Positions 11,284 to 22,740 of a stretch of 38,960 nt of DNA are shown here, in pieces. The stretch covers positions 1 to 38,960 of the forward strand of contig NKIB01015001.1 in NCBI GenBank assembly GCA_002256025.1. Direction: 5' to 3'. The stretch is from Asterionella formosa. Lineage: Eukaryota. Below the pieces are notes generated by a model. That model saw only the letters and a list, made by a program, of their open reading frames with translations. It was not told where the DNA came from and ran no database searches. Within the stretch, counting starts at the first letter, position 1, and the number at the start of each line of letters is the position of its first letter. A program made the position numbers and the translations under genes.

Positions 11284-12689
11284 GTTGCTAATATTCTTGA
11301 TGGAAAATATATTAGAAGTGAATGAAGCAGGTGCGGCAACGACTGCAGCGTGGGCTACCGGTAGATGGGAATGGTTAGAGCAGCAATTACCGGCAGTCAT
11401 TCGTGTTACCAGTACCAGCAGGTGGTTAGTGTTTTCGGAGTCGATTCGTTTTCATTTTTTCATGTACAAGCAATAAACACATCAGCAGGCTATTAAAAAG
11501 TTGCCTCCACGGTTCCCGCCAAACAGGAATGTATGTACCGAGCGCAAATGTCAGCCTTGCCGCCGCCGACGGCTGTTACGTCATTTCAGCTGATTTTTTT
11601 AATTCAGGTGAAATGATGTGAGCACTCAAAATCTGGTGAGTAATTTTGTTCTTTAAAATAAATTAGCTGTAAGTAAATTTATTTCTGATGCAGGCCTCAT
11701 GATTCCTCCTATCTAATTTTTGGGTAATTTTTATTTCACCCAAAACCTCTTCTCTATCAAAACTTAGATTTATTTAGATAGCAGCAGGACGATCCTGTCA
11801 AATGCTTACCTGTAGCCACGTGTACCTACCTACTTGCATTCAATTCTGAATCAACAATGTGGTTGGGCCAAAAATGATGTTTCTGCAGCATATGAAACCG
11901 GTTTTGGAATTGATTTTGATCCCATTATGCCAGACAAGGCCACCAGAGACAGCATCCGCAGATGCACAACTATCCAAGAGCGCATGGATGTGGCAGCTAG
12001 CAGTAGATTCCGTGCTGTTGTGGAATCCATGCATGACTTGACCCTTAATTCCCCCCAGTGACACCAATGACTCTGTCTCCATGGAGTTGACATTGCCACA
12101 GGTTGGCAATGTCTGTGACAGCACTTTCAGTGGCTGTGACATTTCACAACGTTTTGCTGAAATTTTGGAAGGACCTGATGTTAGAAACAGTGTTCAAGCT
12201 CAATCAACAAATGATTATGAGGAAACCAGTGGCTATGATATCAGCAGCAGCAATGATGAAAAACCTGAGAGAAAAGAGCAGTCTTTCCACGTCTACTGCC
12301 ACAGTAAAGATGAAAATCTGCATCACAACGAAAATCTGGGTAATCACTTGTTTCAACAGCTAGTACAGCTAGATTGTGGCACAGACAACTTGCTGTCGTC
12401 TTCTTCCACAGGCAACTCAGTCAAAGGCATAGACAACATGCTGCAATCTTCTGCCAGTTGCAACACAGAAGAAAAGTAGCCAGATGGTGATTGTATAAGT
12501 TATGAAATCATTGCAGTTCCTCCACAAACAAGAGAAAGGAAAATGACAAAAAGAAGAAGAAATGCCTTATCAGTTCAAGAAGCATTGGAATTAGGTGAAG
12601 GGTCAATTCATATTTGGGGAGGACAACACTTCAAAAGGTTATATCCCACACTCAATTTCATTTCATGTTGCTTTTCAGGATACCATTTA

Positions 12690-14014
12690 ATCACAGTTTG
12701 AAATGAAGCATACTACTCTAAATGTGAGAATACCAATGCCTGGTATGAAACTGATTTTATATCAAGTTTTGCAGCACTGATTGCTCACAAGAACAATGTT
12801 GGTTCCATTCAATTTGTTCATTGTCTGTTACCAAGGATGGAAAAAGTAGAATCGCAAATGTGCAAGAAATTGAAGGTCAATGTAAAAAGGGTTGTAAGTG
12901 TCTTTCATGGCAATGATCACTTTGCAGTGATGGAGAGCAACCTTGACACCAATGTCATAACAATTTATGATAGCCTCAATCTAGGTCTTAACAACTGGTT
13001 CCACCATATCAACGATGTGCTGAAACGGACGAAACTACTTGGAAGGAACTCTTTGCCAACTTTCCATTTCAATGGTAAAACAGAATTTGAGCTGGTTACT
13101 GATGAGGATAGCTGGATCATTTCAAAGTCAATCATTGTACATCAAAAAGATGGGACAATTGTGGCCTGATTGCTTGCCTTTTCCTGGGTTCGATTTTTGA
13201 ACCAGAAATCGTAAACATATCAGCTATTTCTCCACATAACTAGTAGCTATCGCCCCTTTGTTGTAACAATTTTCAAGAAAATGGTTTATCAATTCAATAC
13301 TGAATTGATCTTACTACCAAGTGACCTACATGATACTGTTTCAATGACACAGCAAGTGAATACTGAGCAAGTGGATTTTGATGGTCAACTGATGCTAAAT
13401 GAAATGGTAGCAAGAAAATTACGTCATGGGAATGAGAACAGATGTGCAAGACATGCTATGGAAAGAGCAGTTAAAGAAACTTTTTTTAGAGCACAACGAC
13501 AGAAGGATCAAAGAAAATACATGAAAGGCAGACATATGCAGTCAAGGCAAAAGGCAACTATTGGGTCTATAGTTACACTTAAAATGGACTACAGCGATGT
13601 AAGCAACCCACATGGAATTCCTGCATTGTCTTCGCCGTATCTACAAATGAACTTGGACGAGGAATACAAGCAGTAACTGATCATCACATTATATGTTCTG
13701 GAAAGGGAGAAATGAGAAGATAGCTATGCTTTATCCCTCAAGAAAGACACATTGTCCATCCAAATGAGGCAGTCATTTCACCATATTTGAATGAAAAGAG
13801 ACAAGCCATACTTGATGGAACTTTCGCTTGTGAAAAATATAGAAAAATGAGTATGCGGCAAGCTCATGCTTTATGTTATCCTCAAGATAGCAAGTCAAAA
13901 CCAAGGTGTACTAGGTGCCTGAAAGAATGCACAAATGCTTGTGGATGCTTTAAGGAAAAGCATGGTTGCAGTGTGTCTTGCAGGACGCAGCAGGCAATCA
14001 TGGCAGCTACTTAA
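12690..14014 (+). pseudogene. decayed transposon-associated gene: Ulp1/C48-like protease domain followed by Cys-rich (CXC-like) C-terminus; element probably extends left to about 11800
   Basis: HFAVM...ITIYDSLN...HQKDG then frameshifted NCGLIAC (H-D-Q-C order of C48 proteases); IGSIVTLKMDYSDVSNPHGI; terminal CTRCLKECTNACGCFKEKHGCSVSC. Multiple stops and frameshifts. Confidence 0.6.
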
Positions 14015-14033
14015 GTGCTTTGGTTCTATCATG

Positions 14034-14600
14034 TTAATCTACTTGATCATCATCCATCTCTAATATGATAGTCCTACCCATTGCTTTACTGACCACAACC
14101 TCATTCCAGTAATGTCTATTCATTTTTAGAAATAGGATTGCTTTCAACACAGCAGGTGATGTTGACTTTCTCACACAAGTAAGAATGTGCTTGGCAATGG
14201 AAAAGTGCCTTTCACAACTAACAGAAGTACCAAGGAGGAGGTCAAGACAAATGTAATTTTCATTGATGGACCTGACAGCATCATCATGCTTGCGCCATTT
14301 AATTCTCTTCTGAATCAAATCTGCATAGTTTTGTTGGTGTTCTGAAGAAACAGCATCATCTGAATTTTCAGGACATTCTTCAGAGGAATCATTACTCATA
14401 CCATCGGCAGGTACAGCATGTGTCTTCCTAAGTTTTGCAATTTTATTGCTTTCTTCAGCATTCAGCTCTTCACCTTTCATTACCTTCATGACAGCCAACT
14501 CAAACAGTTTGTCAGAAGTACCAAGGAGGAGGTCAAGACAAATATAATTTCTATTGTATGCCGATTTTTCTATTTTGGTGTTGCTTAATAGCCCAAGCAT
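14034..14600 (-). pseudogene. hAT transposase C-terminal (dimerisation domain) remnant
   Basis: TSVSCERHFSIAKHILTCVRKSTSPAVLKAILFLKMNRHYW resembles the hAT dimerisation signature (TS..CERLFS.A.....R); no upstream catalytic region. Confidence 0.75.
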
Positions 14601-14739
14601 TGAACGGAATTTCGCTTTCCAATGCTACAAGACATGCCGGATTTTCTGTAGATTCCTACATAGCCGTATAGTGGCAAACTAGACCAGTATGTTGGCAAAA
14701 TTTTGGAACAGTATGGTATTTGGAATATAGAGTGACAGT

Positions 14740-15455
14740 ATACTGGTATGCTGATACCTGGTACTGTGTCTGGAGCAGTATCAGTATCAAATACTGCCGT
14801 ATACTTTCGCCGACCTCTGACGCAAACCGATAGGTACTACCGGTATGTTCCATCCTTGTCGTCAAGGCAGGAGGAGCGACGGCAGAACTATTTATGATGG
14901 ACCAATAGGAACGCACAAGCTTGGAACAGTCGAAACAAGCAAAATCCTACCGGTACTTAAACTTCGTATTGTGCTCATTCCTTGAAATGCTGCCTGGCGT
15001 TACTTGGGGCTTCTTTTGTGTGGGCGGTGAGCGATACAGCTAGACAGTACGCACGTTGGATTACCAGGACCAGGAGGTACCTGGCACCTACCTGTACTTT
15101 CCTACACATGACATGCAACGCTATGTGTGGAGAACCTGCACTTGCACCAGTGACAGCACACTACCAGGTACTCCTTCAATAACTTGGGCGAAATCTGAAA
15201 CTACGACTACCGGTACCGGTTTATGTCTATTTATTATTGCCTTTTAATACCGGTTTACGCCCACAACAAGACAAATGTTAATTGCCGGCGAGGATATGCT
15301 ACTTAGAAATACAAATTCGAGAACCATACGCCAAGGGGGAGGAGGGCGCACCACAGCAACTGATGTACCGCTTCTCCAGGGTAGAGAGTTAATAAGAGAT
15401 ATAATTCGATCCCCAGTGGGGGGTTGCACGGTACCAGGTACCGGTACCCGGTAGT
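14740..15455. repeat. TACCWGG/TACCGG palindromic motif cluster
   Basis: Examples: TACCTGGTAC 14755, TACCAGGACCAGGAGGTACCTGG 15062, TACCGGTACCGG 15208, GGTACCAGGTACCGGTACCCGGTA 15430. Confidence 0.8.
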
Positions 15456-15762
15456 CTGACAAGAATAAATAATACAAGTTACGCTAAGCATTATGCAATG
15501 CGAATTGCCCTGCTGCTGTGCGGCTCAAGAACTTTTTTGCTCTCGAAAGTTTGTTGCCATGATCTGAAAGAAAAGAGCAATATTGCTAAATATAGTGAAA
15601 GGAAAAAAACAATTGTATAAGTAGTAATTGTATCACACGCTGATGTCATAACTTAAATTTAACAAACATACTAGCCACACATATAAACTTCGACACACTG
15701 AAAGCTAAAAATACTTGTGTTAACAACGGTCAATCGACAAAAAGCACCTCCAACGACAATCC

Positions 15763-16332
15763 CTAGCTGTTGCGCGAAAAGTAGCTCGCTTCACAAGTGA
15801 AGTCATCGGAGTTGCCCCTGGAAAATCTTGGCATTAATGATAATATTGGACGAGTTGGAGGGTGGCTATGTCGCCTACTAGTGCTGGTACCAGGTCTCGA
15901 GTCTGCCATCATAAAATCAGTATTTCTACCAATTGGGTGAAAAAGATTATCCTCGAGCTCATAGTGACCACTTTTATCGCCCGATTGCTCCAGCAGGTGA
16001 AGGGTGAGTGAGCAATCCATGGGCGATATTACAGCTGCACTTGATATTTGTGGCTCGTGTGGGGTCAGCTCGTTCGCACCGGAACGAGAACCAAGACAAG
16101 GCGAATGGAATGCGGGTCGCAGAACCTGTGGACGAGTTGTCGTCGAATGCAGCTCATGTGGTGTTATCAGGAAGAAACTATCCTTGGACGGATGCGTTAT
16201 CTTCCTCGTTGCTTGAATATCCACGAATTGTATCGCTTCATTTCTTCGGGCAGGATGTGGTGGTGCAACAATTTGTTCTTCCCTTTGTATGTCTCGATCA
16301 AGGGGAGAGAGATACATGTAACTCGCCATCAT
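15763..16332 (-). CDS. hypothetical Ser/Pro/His-rich protein
   Basis: 189-aa ATG-initiated ORF, more GC-rich than its flanks; no recognisable domain. Confidence 0.55.
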   Translation of the reverse strand: MMASYMYLSPLDRDIQREEQIVAPPHPARRNEAIQFVDIQATRKITHPSKDSFFLITPHELHSTTTRPQVLRPAFHSPCLGSRSGANELTPHEPQISSAAVISPMDCSLTLHLLEQSGDKSGHYELEDNLFHPIGRNTDFMMADSRPGTSTSRRHSHPPTRPILSLMPRFSRGNSDDFTCEASYFSRNS

Positions 16333-16459
16333 CTGCTCTTTACCGGCTCGATTTAATTGGCAAAACGCCTGGTGATTGTTTTAGGTTAATAAGGAATGTG
16401 TCAACTCCTTGATGTTTATTATGGTAATCAACAGCGAAAAAGGCAATTGCGAATAACTG

Positions 16460-17325
16460 ATAGTACCTGGTACCACTACCAGCTACTTCCATGCACCGAA
16501 ATCCTTGAACCTGGTCTAAACAAAGAAAGTTCTATGTATGTGCATGTACGTGAAACTTCAAATCAAATACCAGTATACTACTCCGTATTATTTAAGTATC
16601 TACCGGCACCAGGTACAGTACCAGTACTGTAGACATAACCTCAATAAGAATCATGATGTGGCAATGTGACACGACTGTTCTTTCGATTACCCCCATCATA
16701 TTCGCCGGCATACCGGAATCAAGTCGATTACTTAGCGTTATATATAATTCCTCATGTATGAAGTTACATACATAGTGATTTTGAACATCTCTCCGCTTTA
16801 ATTTTCTTCGATAGTTACCGGTACCTGGAATCCCCTACGCTCCGTGTACCTGATGCCACCAAAAAATAATAAAAATAGATGGACCGGAACACAAAGAATA
16901 TTCTGGCATTCAATTTTTAGTCAAGCCGAATTGTATGAAAAGAAAAATACCGGTTGGAATCCACATCCAATCGTTTTGCTTTTCGATGAGAACTGTGGGT
17001 GTCGAAGTAATATTTGGTCATTTAAGTAATTTTTATATAGGGGCAATATAGCTAGGACACAGTGGATTTTCGGCAGTCCAATTTTAGGTTTGCTGAGCAG
17101 GGGACCATCGAGCAACGTCAAGAATAAAATTTTCATGGGTAATGGTTTACCTACCGGTACTTACCGGTAGATAGAAATCAAGCAACGGATGCCACATCAA
17201 GAACGTATGGACCACCGAATACCGGCATATGCATGAAAAATAGTCACACAAGAATAAATGGATGGCTGCTGGGTGCAAAGTTTGAGAACATCGGGTGGGC
17301 TCATGTAGACCTACCGGTGGTACAA
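16460..17325. repeat. TACCWGG/TACCGG motif cluster (dispersed)
   Basis: GTACCTGGTACC 16463, TACCGGCACCAGGTACAGTACCAGTAC 16601, TACCGGTACCTGG 16816, TACCGGTACTTACCGGTA 17152. Confidence 0.7.
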
Positions 17326-17924
17326 AAAATAACTCAGACCCTTTTACTGAAATAATTTATGACGCAAAAATACTTGTTGATTCGCCTTGACAATGGCCTA
17401 AACCAACCATTGCTTTACTTTGCTCCTTCCTGTGATCTCGCTGATCCATCACTGGATAAAGCATTGTAAATGTTTGCACTAATAGAATGAGTCAATGGAT
17501 CTGCAAGGGCACTCATTTCCATTGAGTATTTACTGTTTTTAAAATTGCTGTTACCAGCAATTGACTTGCTATTACTAAGCGAAATGTACAGGACATTTGG
17601 TCTGAGGTGGAGGAATGGACCATGAGAAGTATGCTCAAAACTAGGGAAGATAATAAATACTACAATATATAAATTAAACTCACTTATAATGCGCTTTCTA
17701 AGACCATGCTGGAGTTACATGTGGAATTTCATAGCACAGCCTGCCGACAAGAAGTCCATTGGCTTCCCTAGTTTTGTTAGTGCAGGTGAGTCCCCGACCA
17801 TCTTTCGCAAAAGGTGATCTTCTTAGCCAAAAAATTAGGGGAAACTCCGACCACCTAGGAAGGTGACGCACTGCTTCTAGGGGCAACCCACTTTTTCTTG
17901 CACACCCAGCAAGACCGCCAGGGA

Positions 17925-18037
17925 TGGTGAGGAGTGTGGGACTCGAACCCAACAGGTGCTTCTCAAAAAATTGTGGAAATTGAACCCCACAACTTGAAAT
18001 CAAAGGCAACATGCCCAACCAACTGAGCCATTCCCCT
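17925..18037 (-). ncRNA. tRNA-derived sequence (tRNA pseudogene or SINE head) with A-box, two B-box/T-arm hairpins and encoded CCA
   Basis: Minus strand reads GGGGAA-TGGCTCAGTTGG (A box, D arm GCTC/GGGC)...GTGGGGTTCAATTTCCAC-AA-TTTTTT...TGGGTTCGAGTCCCA-CACTCCTCA-CCA. Anticodon and acceptor stems are imperfect, so this is not a clean tRNA gene. Confidence 0.65.
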
Positions 18038-18403
18038 AGATTATAATTAATAACATACAGTAGTAAGTGGAACAAAGAATAGTGGCTAAGTTCGATCATA
18101 TAGCTACATTCAGAAACATGTTTGGTGGAGCAGTACAATGCCTGAGTCGACCTTCTTGCACTTTGCAACAAGTTTATCAAAGTATGAATGGTGAATAACG
18201 AAGACCAAAACACATTGCGTTCAACCAGTTTCTTTTTCTTTGCTCCAAAGATGTTCATGGACAGAAGTATAGTGGTATATATGTGTTTTAAATACACTCA
18301 GGTGAAGAATGTAAATTTGAATGAATGATCTGATTCTATTTTAGTAAGTACCTAGCAGTAAAGGATTATCAAATCTTAGTCCAGATTGCCCCTACGAGTT
18401 TAT

Positions 18404-19417
18404 CTAATCACTCCAATCAATGCGAATGGGACGACCAAGCAAGTTTTTTCCATTCAGAGTGGCACCTTTCTCGCAGGCCTCGGTATTCCAAAACTCCACA
18501 AAGCCTACACCCTTGAAATCACCAGTATCTTGATGATGAATCCAACGCACAGCCTTGACTTCAGCACCAACATTAGCAAAGAACTTTGTAATTCCATCAT
18601 CATCAATGTCGTAGCTCAAATTTCCAATGAAAAGTTTGTGACAATCTGCCGGTTTCTCGCTCATGGCCTTGATACCCGATCCACCTGCCTGGCCTCCTTT
18701 AGTTGCCGATTGCTTGGGAGGTGGCCATACGTCGCCAGGTCGCGATTCGGCAAAGTTGATCTTCACGTTTCTCCCCAACAATTGCTGTCCAGCCATGGCG
18801 ACAGCTTCTGCAGCACTTCTCGAATTGTCCATTTCGATAAATGCCGACCCGTAAAATTTTCCAGTTTCTTTATCTGTGATCCATTTGACGTGCGTAATTT
18901 TCCCAGGAAGAAATGCTCCCAGCGATGTTTCGTCAACTGTAAATGGCAAGTTACCGAGAAAGAGACGCGTGATTCCCTGAGGATTGCCTTTGCAAGGTTG
19001 GTTCTTGGTACCAGACGATTCGCTGTTTTCAACTATTTCTTTCTTGGTTTCCTCAGTATGCTGAGCACTAGTTAGGGTTTCATCGTCGCTCCCATTTTCA
19101 GTTTTAATTTTTTTGATTTGTACTTCCTGTTCCCTTTCGACAGATTTGCGTTTCACTTTCTTCTCCTTTCTTTCCTTGATCAGTGAAACCGTTCCTTCTG
19201 AATCAATCTTGAGAGCCCCTAGCTCTTCAAGACCTTGTACAGTCTTCTTGAACTGCTTTTTGGCAGCCTTGTCGTCCTTATCAAATTGGAGGGAGAGCAA
19301 AACGAGTTTCCGGAGCTTTTTGACCAGCAGAGAGCCAGATTTCGATCCTTCTTCAGAGCTCCCCTTGAGTGTTGACAGGATAGCCTCCTTCCAGTCAAGC
19401 TGTTTTTCCTTTCCCAT
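18404..19417 (-). CDS. two-RRM RNA-binding protein, nucleolin/Nsr1-like
   Basis: RLFLGNL..KFYGSAFIEM and KLFIGNL..FKGVGFVEF (RNP2/RNP1 twice), LLGRPIRIDWS, K/E-rich N-terminus; first ATG at 19417. Confidence 0.9.
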   Translation of the reverse strand: MGKEKQLDWKEAILSTLKGSSEEGSKSGSLLVKKLRKLVLLSLQFDKDDKAAKKQFKKTVQGLEELGALKIDSEGTVSLIKERKEKKVKRKSVEREQEVQIKKIKTENGSDDETLTSAQHTEETKKEIVENSESSGTKNQPCKGNPQGITRLFLGNLPFTVDETSLGAFLPGKITHVKWITDKETGKFYGSAFIEMDNSRSAAEAVAMAGQQLLGRNVKINFAESRPGDVWPPPKQSATKGGQAGGSGIKAMSEKPADCHKLFIGNLSYDIDDDGITKFFANVGAEVKAVRWIHHQDTGDFKGVGFVEFWNTEACEKGATLNGKNLLGRPIRIDWSD

Positions 19418-19569
19418 TGTTGCAATCACCGAGGCTATAGGCAGAAATCAAAATTGAAACCTTCTGATTAAGGAAGTGTTGGCTGTGCACAAAGGAAGGA
19501 GTCAAATGAATATTCTTGTTTGTCTCATCTAGTCTACTGGTGTTTCCCAGTAGATTGAGTCAACGTGTG

Positions 19570-19965
19570 TACCGGCACGGAATTTATCCGTCCCATAGCA
19601 CTACCGGAACCACGTACCAGGTACATGCAACAACTACGTATAGACGACAAGCAAAGAGCCGCCCGATGAAAATTACATCTTGCACCATTTTCATTCATGT
19701 CGAGATCATGGTAGTGAATGGCGGTGCTTTATGATCGTTTTAGTCTGGCATATGTTCGTGCCTACAACGACCGTTGGCGGAAGCAGTTGCTCTAAACGAG
19801 AAATTTAGCTTCGTGGTGTTTTTCTTTACCACAACCTCCACTTGCTTACCGGTACCGGCACTGGTAGCTAGTACGCATTCCACAGAGGATTCAAACTACC
19901 GGTACATATTACTGTAGGTAAATTATTCCAGGGGAGGAGGCATGATGATTACTCGGAGTACCGTA
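19570..19965. repeat. TACCGG/TACCWGG motif cluster in divergent intergenic region
   Basis: GTACCAGGTAC 19614, TACCGGTACCGGCACTGGTA 19847, TACCGGTAC 19897. Confidence 0.7.
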
Positions 19966-20045
19966 GTCAAGTCGACTCATTCTGGTGATCTGTTCGTCGC
20001 TCATTTTGTGGTACTTGTTGACTGTGACCGCGTGCTTCATGGGTC

Positions 20046-21653
20046 ATGTCTGTTGCCCTCATCGGAAGCTCTGGGGGAGGTGCGGCGACGCTAGGACACA
20101 CAGATCCAGGTCAGCTGCTGCAAACGATCCACAAAGAACTGCGAAAGATCGACGGTGCCGAAGGAATCAAAATCGCACTTTTTGTCTCGTTGCACGGCGG
20201 GAAGGGTCTGGACACATCGAATGACGAGGTGGATACCGCTACATTGTACTCAGTGCCACTATCGGAAGAGCCAAATGAGCAGTGCCACGTTCAAGTTTTG
20301 AAAACAGGAACCCTCAGAGAAGTGAACGAAGCAATAAAGGGATTGGATGCTGATATTGCACAGGCCATCAAGGACAAGAAAATCCAAGGAATAATTTGCA
20401 TCTCTTGTCATGTTGATCTTCATTCCAACACGCTCAAGACTGCAGCATCCATGCAGATTCCTGTTACTGGAAGTGGAGGAACATCACTATCAGCGGCCAC
20501 CACGAAGTTTGGTGTCATGTTAGTTGGTAATGCCGGAGGGTCCGTAGCAACAACAAGCTATACTCGAGCAGTTTCTTATACACATGCTCTTGCTACAACT
20601 TGGTCAAGAGTTTACAGACCATTTAATTCTTCTTTTACCACACCGCAGTGGAGGTCAGTCTTGAACGCGTGTCTGCCTGCATTCTGGGGTGTCACTCTGC
20701 TTTGTCGAGTGATAGAGATGTGTTTGGAATATTCGCCACCACAACTAGATCTGACAGCGCAACGCCATATTCTTGAGATAGTAAGATCAAATGTGCTACC
20801 CATCGTGTGCTGTGTTGTTATGGCGAGCTCAACGTCTCCTCAGCATGGCAGTACGGTTGTGATTGCATCCATCATTGCTGGTATTATGTGCGCAAATTCT
20901 GTTATTGGTGGTCTGGTGGCTGGTTGGCTTGTATCATTGTTCATTGGGAGGACATTGTATGCTTGCATTTGTCTAAGAATCCCGGCAACAATGACTAACT
21001 TAATCGCAGGCGGTGGCGTTGGAGTGGGAGTGGCCATGGTGATGGCACCATTTATACAATTTCTCCCATTCATTACACTTTCATTACGAGGAGCTATACA
21101 CAAGTCCATGAATGGACAGGTGCCTGGGCTGGGATTTTTGATTGGTTGCCTTTTTTGCTATGGTAGTAAGGTTGGGTATTACCATGAGATTGGGTTGCCA
21201 ATAATACTCCTGGAAATGGAACAGGGACAAGCCAGCCTTCTTGGAACCATCGACGAATGCACACTTGTCCTAGTTTCAGCTGGCATTTGCATCGGAAACC
21301 TCCTTCTTCCAAAAAACTTAGATTCCTCAGATTTGGCGCTGTGTACGCGTGGCCTCCAAATCAATTTACTTTTTGGGGATTTCATTGAAGCTGCATATCC
21401 CTTCATGGAGAGGAGCCCAATCATCAATTTCGCTGGGTATCTTGCCAGTGGCATATCAACAGAACTCCTGACTGGAACAAACACCATTGATGTGCTTAGC
21501 ATGGCGTACTTACCATTGCCTGTGAGCATTTTGCTAGCCAAGGATTGGACACGAGTATTACTTGCCTATTTGGCCGCCTTTATTGTTGCCTTCACTGGAA
21601 CTCTGGTTAATAATGTGGTATCGCCACAAAATATGATCAAAAAGGGAAATTGA
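20046..21653 (+). CDS. PTS EIIC-like multi-pass membrane protein with N-terminal soluble GSSGG domain
   Basis: Intronless 535-aa ORF. About 200 aa soluble (VALIGSSGGG, VTGSGGTS, GSVATTSYTRAVS) then many hydrophobic helices with GGLVAGWL, GYYHEIGLPIILLEME and FGDFIEAAYPF, which resembles the EIIC GI.E.AIPF substrate-binding motif. The family call is from recalled similarity to bacterial 'PTS sugar transporter' proteins. Confidence 0.7.
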   Translation: MSVALIGSSGGGAATLGHTDPGQLLQTIHKELRKIDGAEGIKIALFVSLHGGKGLDTSNDEVDTATLYSVPLSEEPNEQCHVQVLKTGTLREVNEAIKGLDADIAQAIKDKKIQGIICISCHVDLHSNTLKTAASMQIPVTGSGGTSLSAATTKFGVMLVGNAGGSVATTSYTRAVSYTHALATTWSRVYRPFNSSFTTPQWRSVLNACLPAFWGVTLLCRVIEMCLEYSPPQLDLTAQRHILEIVRSNVLPIVCCVVMASSTSPQHGSTVVIASIIAGIMCANSVIGGLVAGWLVSLFIGRTLYACICLRIPATMTNLIAGGGVGVGVAMVMAPFIQFLPFITLSLRGAIHKSMNGQVPGLGFLIGCLFCYGSKVGYYHEIGLPIILLEMEQGQASLLGTIDECTLVLVSAGICIGNLLLPKNLDSSDLALCTRGLQINLLFGDFIEAAYPFMERSPIINFAGYLASGISTELLTGTNTIDVLSMAYLPLPVSILLAKDWTRVLLAYLAAFIVAFTGTLVNNVVSPQNMIKKGN

Positions 21654-22493
21654 TTGCATGTTGACAAGGGGTGTCAATGGCATGCCTTCAATTTTGGCTT
21701 GTACTCCCAAAGTCGAACTTTGTGATAAAGGTTGCAAATTCAGTGCTGGAGCAAATGTGCAAGGTTGGTAAGTTTTTTAATATAACAAGGAAAGCTGGAC
21801 CTCAAAAAATGTTCCTGACAGGTGTAGACTTGGTATTATCTTTAAGAGACTAGTATGTTAAATTATTTGCTTCACAATTCATTGATTTTACATCTGCCCA
21901 ATTTTGAACTCACAATCATGATTCCCACTCTATCCTGCCTGCCATTGCTTGATTTGAGCTTGCAACAGGGACCTTTTGACTTTCTCTTGATGCCATTGTC
22001 TGCTGTGTGATTGGTGAGAATAACAGTGAAACACTGCATGTGGAATGTAGATACTATTTGTCCAATTTGTGATTTGATTGTTTCCATTATCTGATTTGAT
22101 TGCTTCTGTCATTGTTTATATAGCAAGTAACAAATACACAGCATGTACTTGTATCATTCATTAGGTATTATCGCCCAAAGGTTGCTGTTGACACGAAATT
22201 GCGAAAATTGGATATTTTCAGCACGTTCACTCTATTGAGCAAGCTGATCACCTTTTCCATCTTATACAGGTATGAGAATATTCCTTGGCTAGAAAACTAA
22301 TTTAGTATCCCCAAAACTTTATTCAATAGGGCTACGACGTAATTGCGCTTTCTCTTGTGCAACATAATAAAGAGATAGATTCACTGAAGGAAACAATCAT
22401 CAATTAGAAATTCCTGGCACGCCCGAATTATTAGTAAAAAGTTTAAATGCAAACACAGCAATCACTCATCACCTGTCACAATACCAATCATCA

Positions 22494-22740
22494 TGACCTG
22501 GAAAGCACCTTGACAAAGCAACAAAGCTTTGCCTCGAAAGAAGTTTCCCCCTGAAGAGCTGGTCAGCATTCAGAAAATTTGTCTTAATGTGATTATGGAG
22601 CTAGAACAAGCTACTAGTAAGAAGGCTAACAACGGTGAAAAAATGCCTTACGGTGCTATTTCTGGGACAGTATAAGCTAAGCAACGCATTAAACTTTGTA
22701 TATCTGTTAACCAAGTGAAGAATGAATTAAGGTTGCGGCC
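22494..22740 (+). pseudogene. possible N-terminal remnant of pogo-like (DDE_1) transposase
   Basis: Translates ...ELEQATSKKANNGEKMPYGAISGTV*..., similar to the NG..PYG N-terminus I recall for diatom pogo-like transposases; contains stops. Confidence 0.4.

Noticed and set aside
4676..11508. Shared 13-mer AAAAGTTGCCTCC upstream of two genes
   Set aside because: 13-bp matches are expected by chance in 39 kb.
17698..18297. 199-aa ORF
   Set aside because: Non-ATG start, atypical composition, runs through the tRNA-like element.
18386..19075. 229-aa antisense ORF
   Set aside because: Shadow of the RRM gene on the opposite strand.
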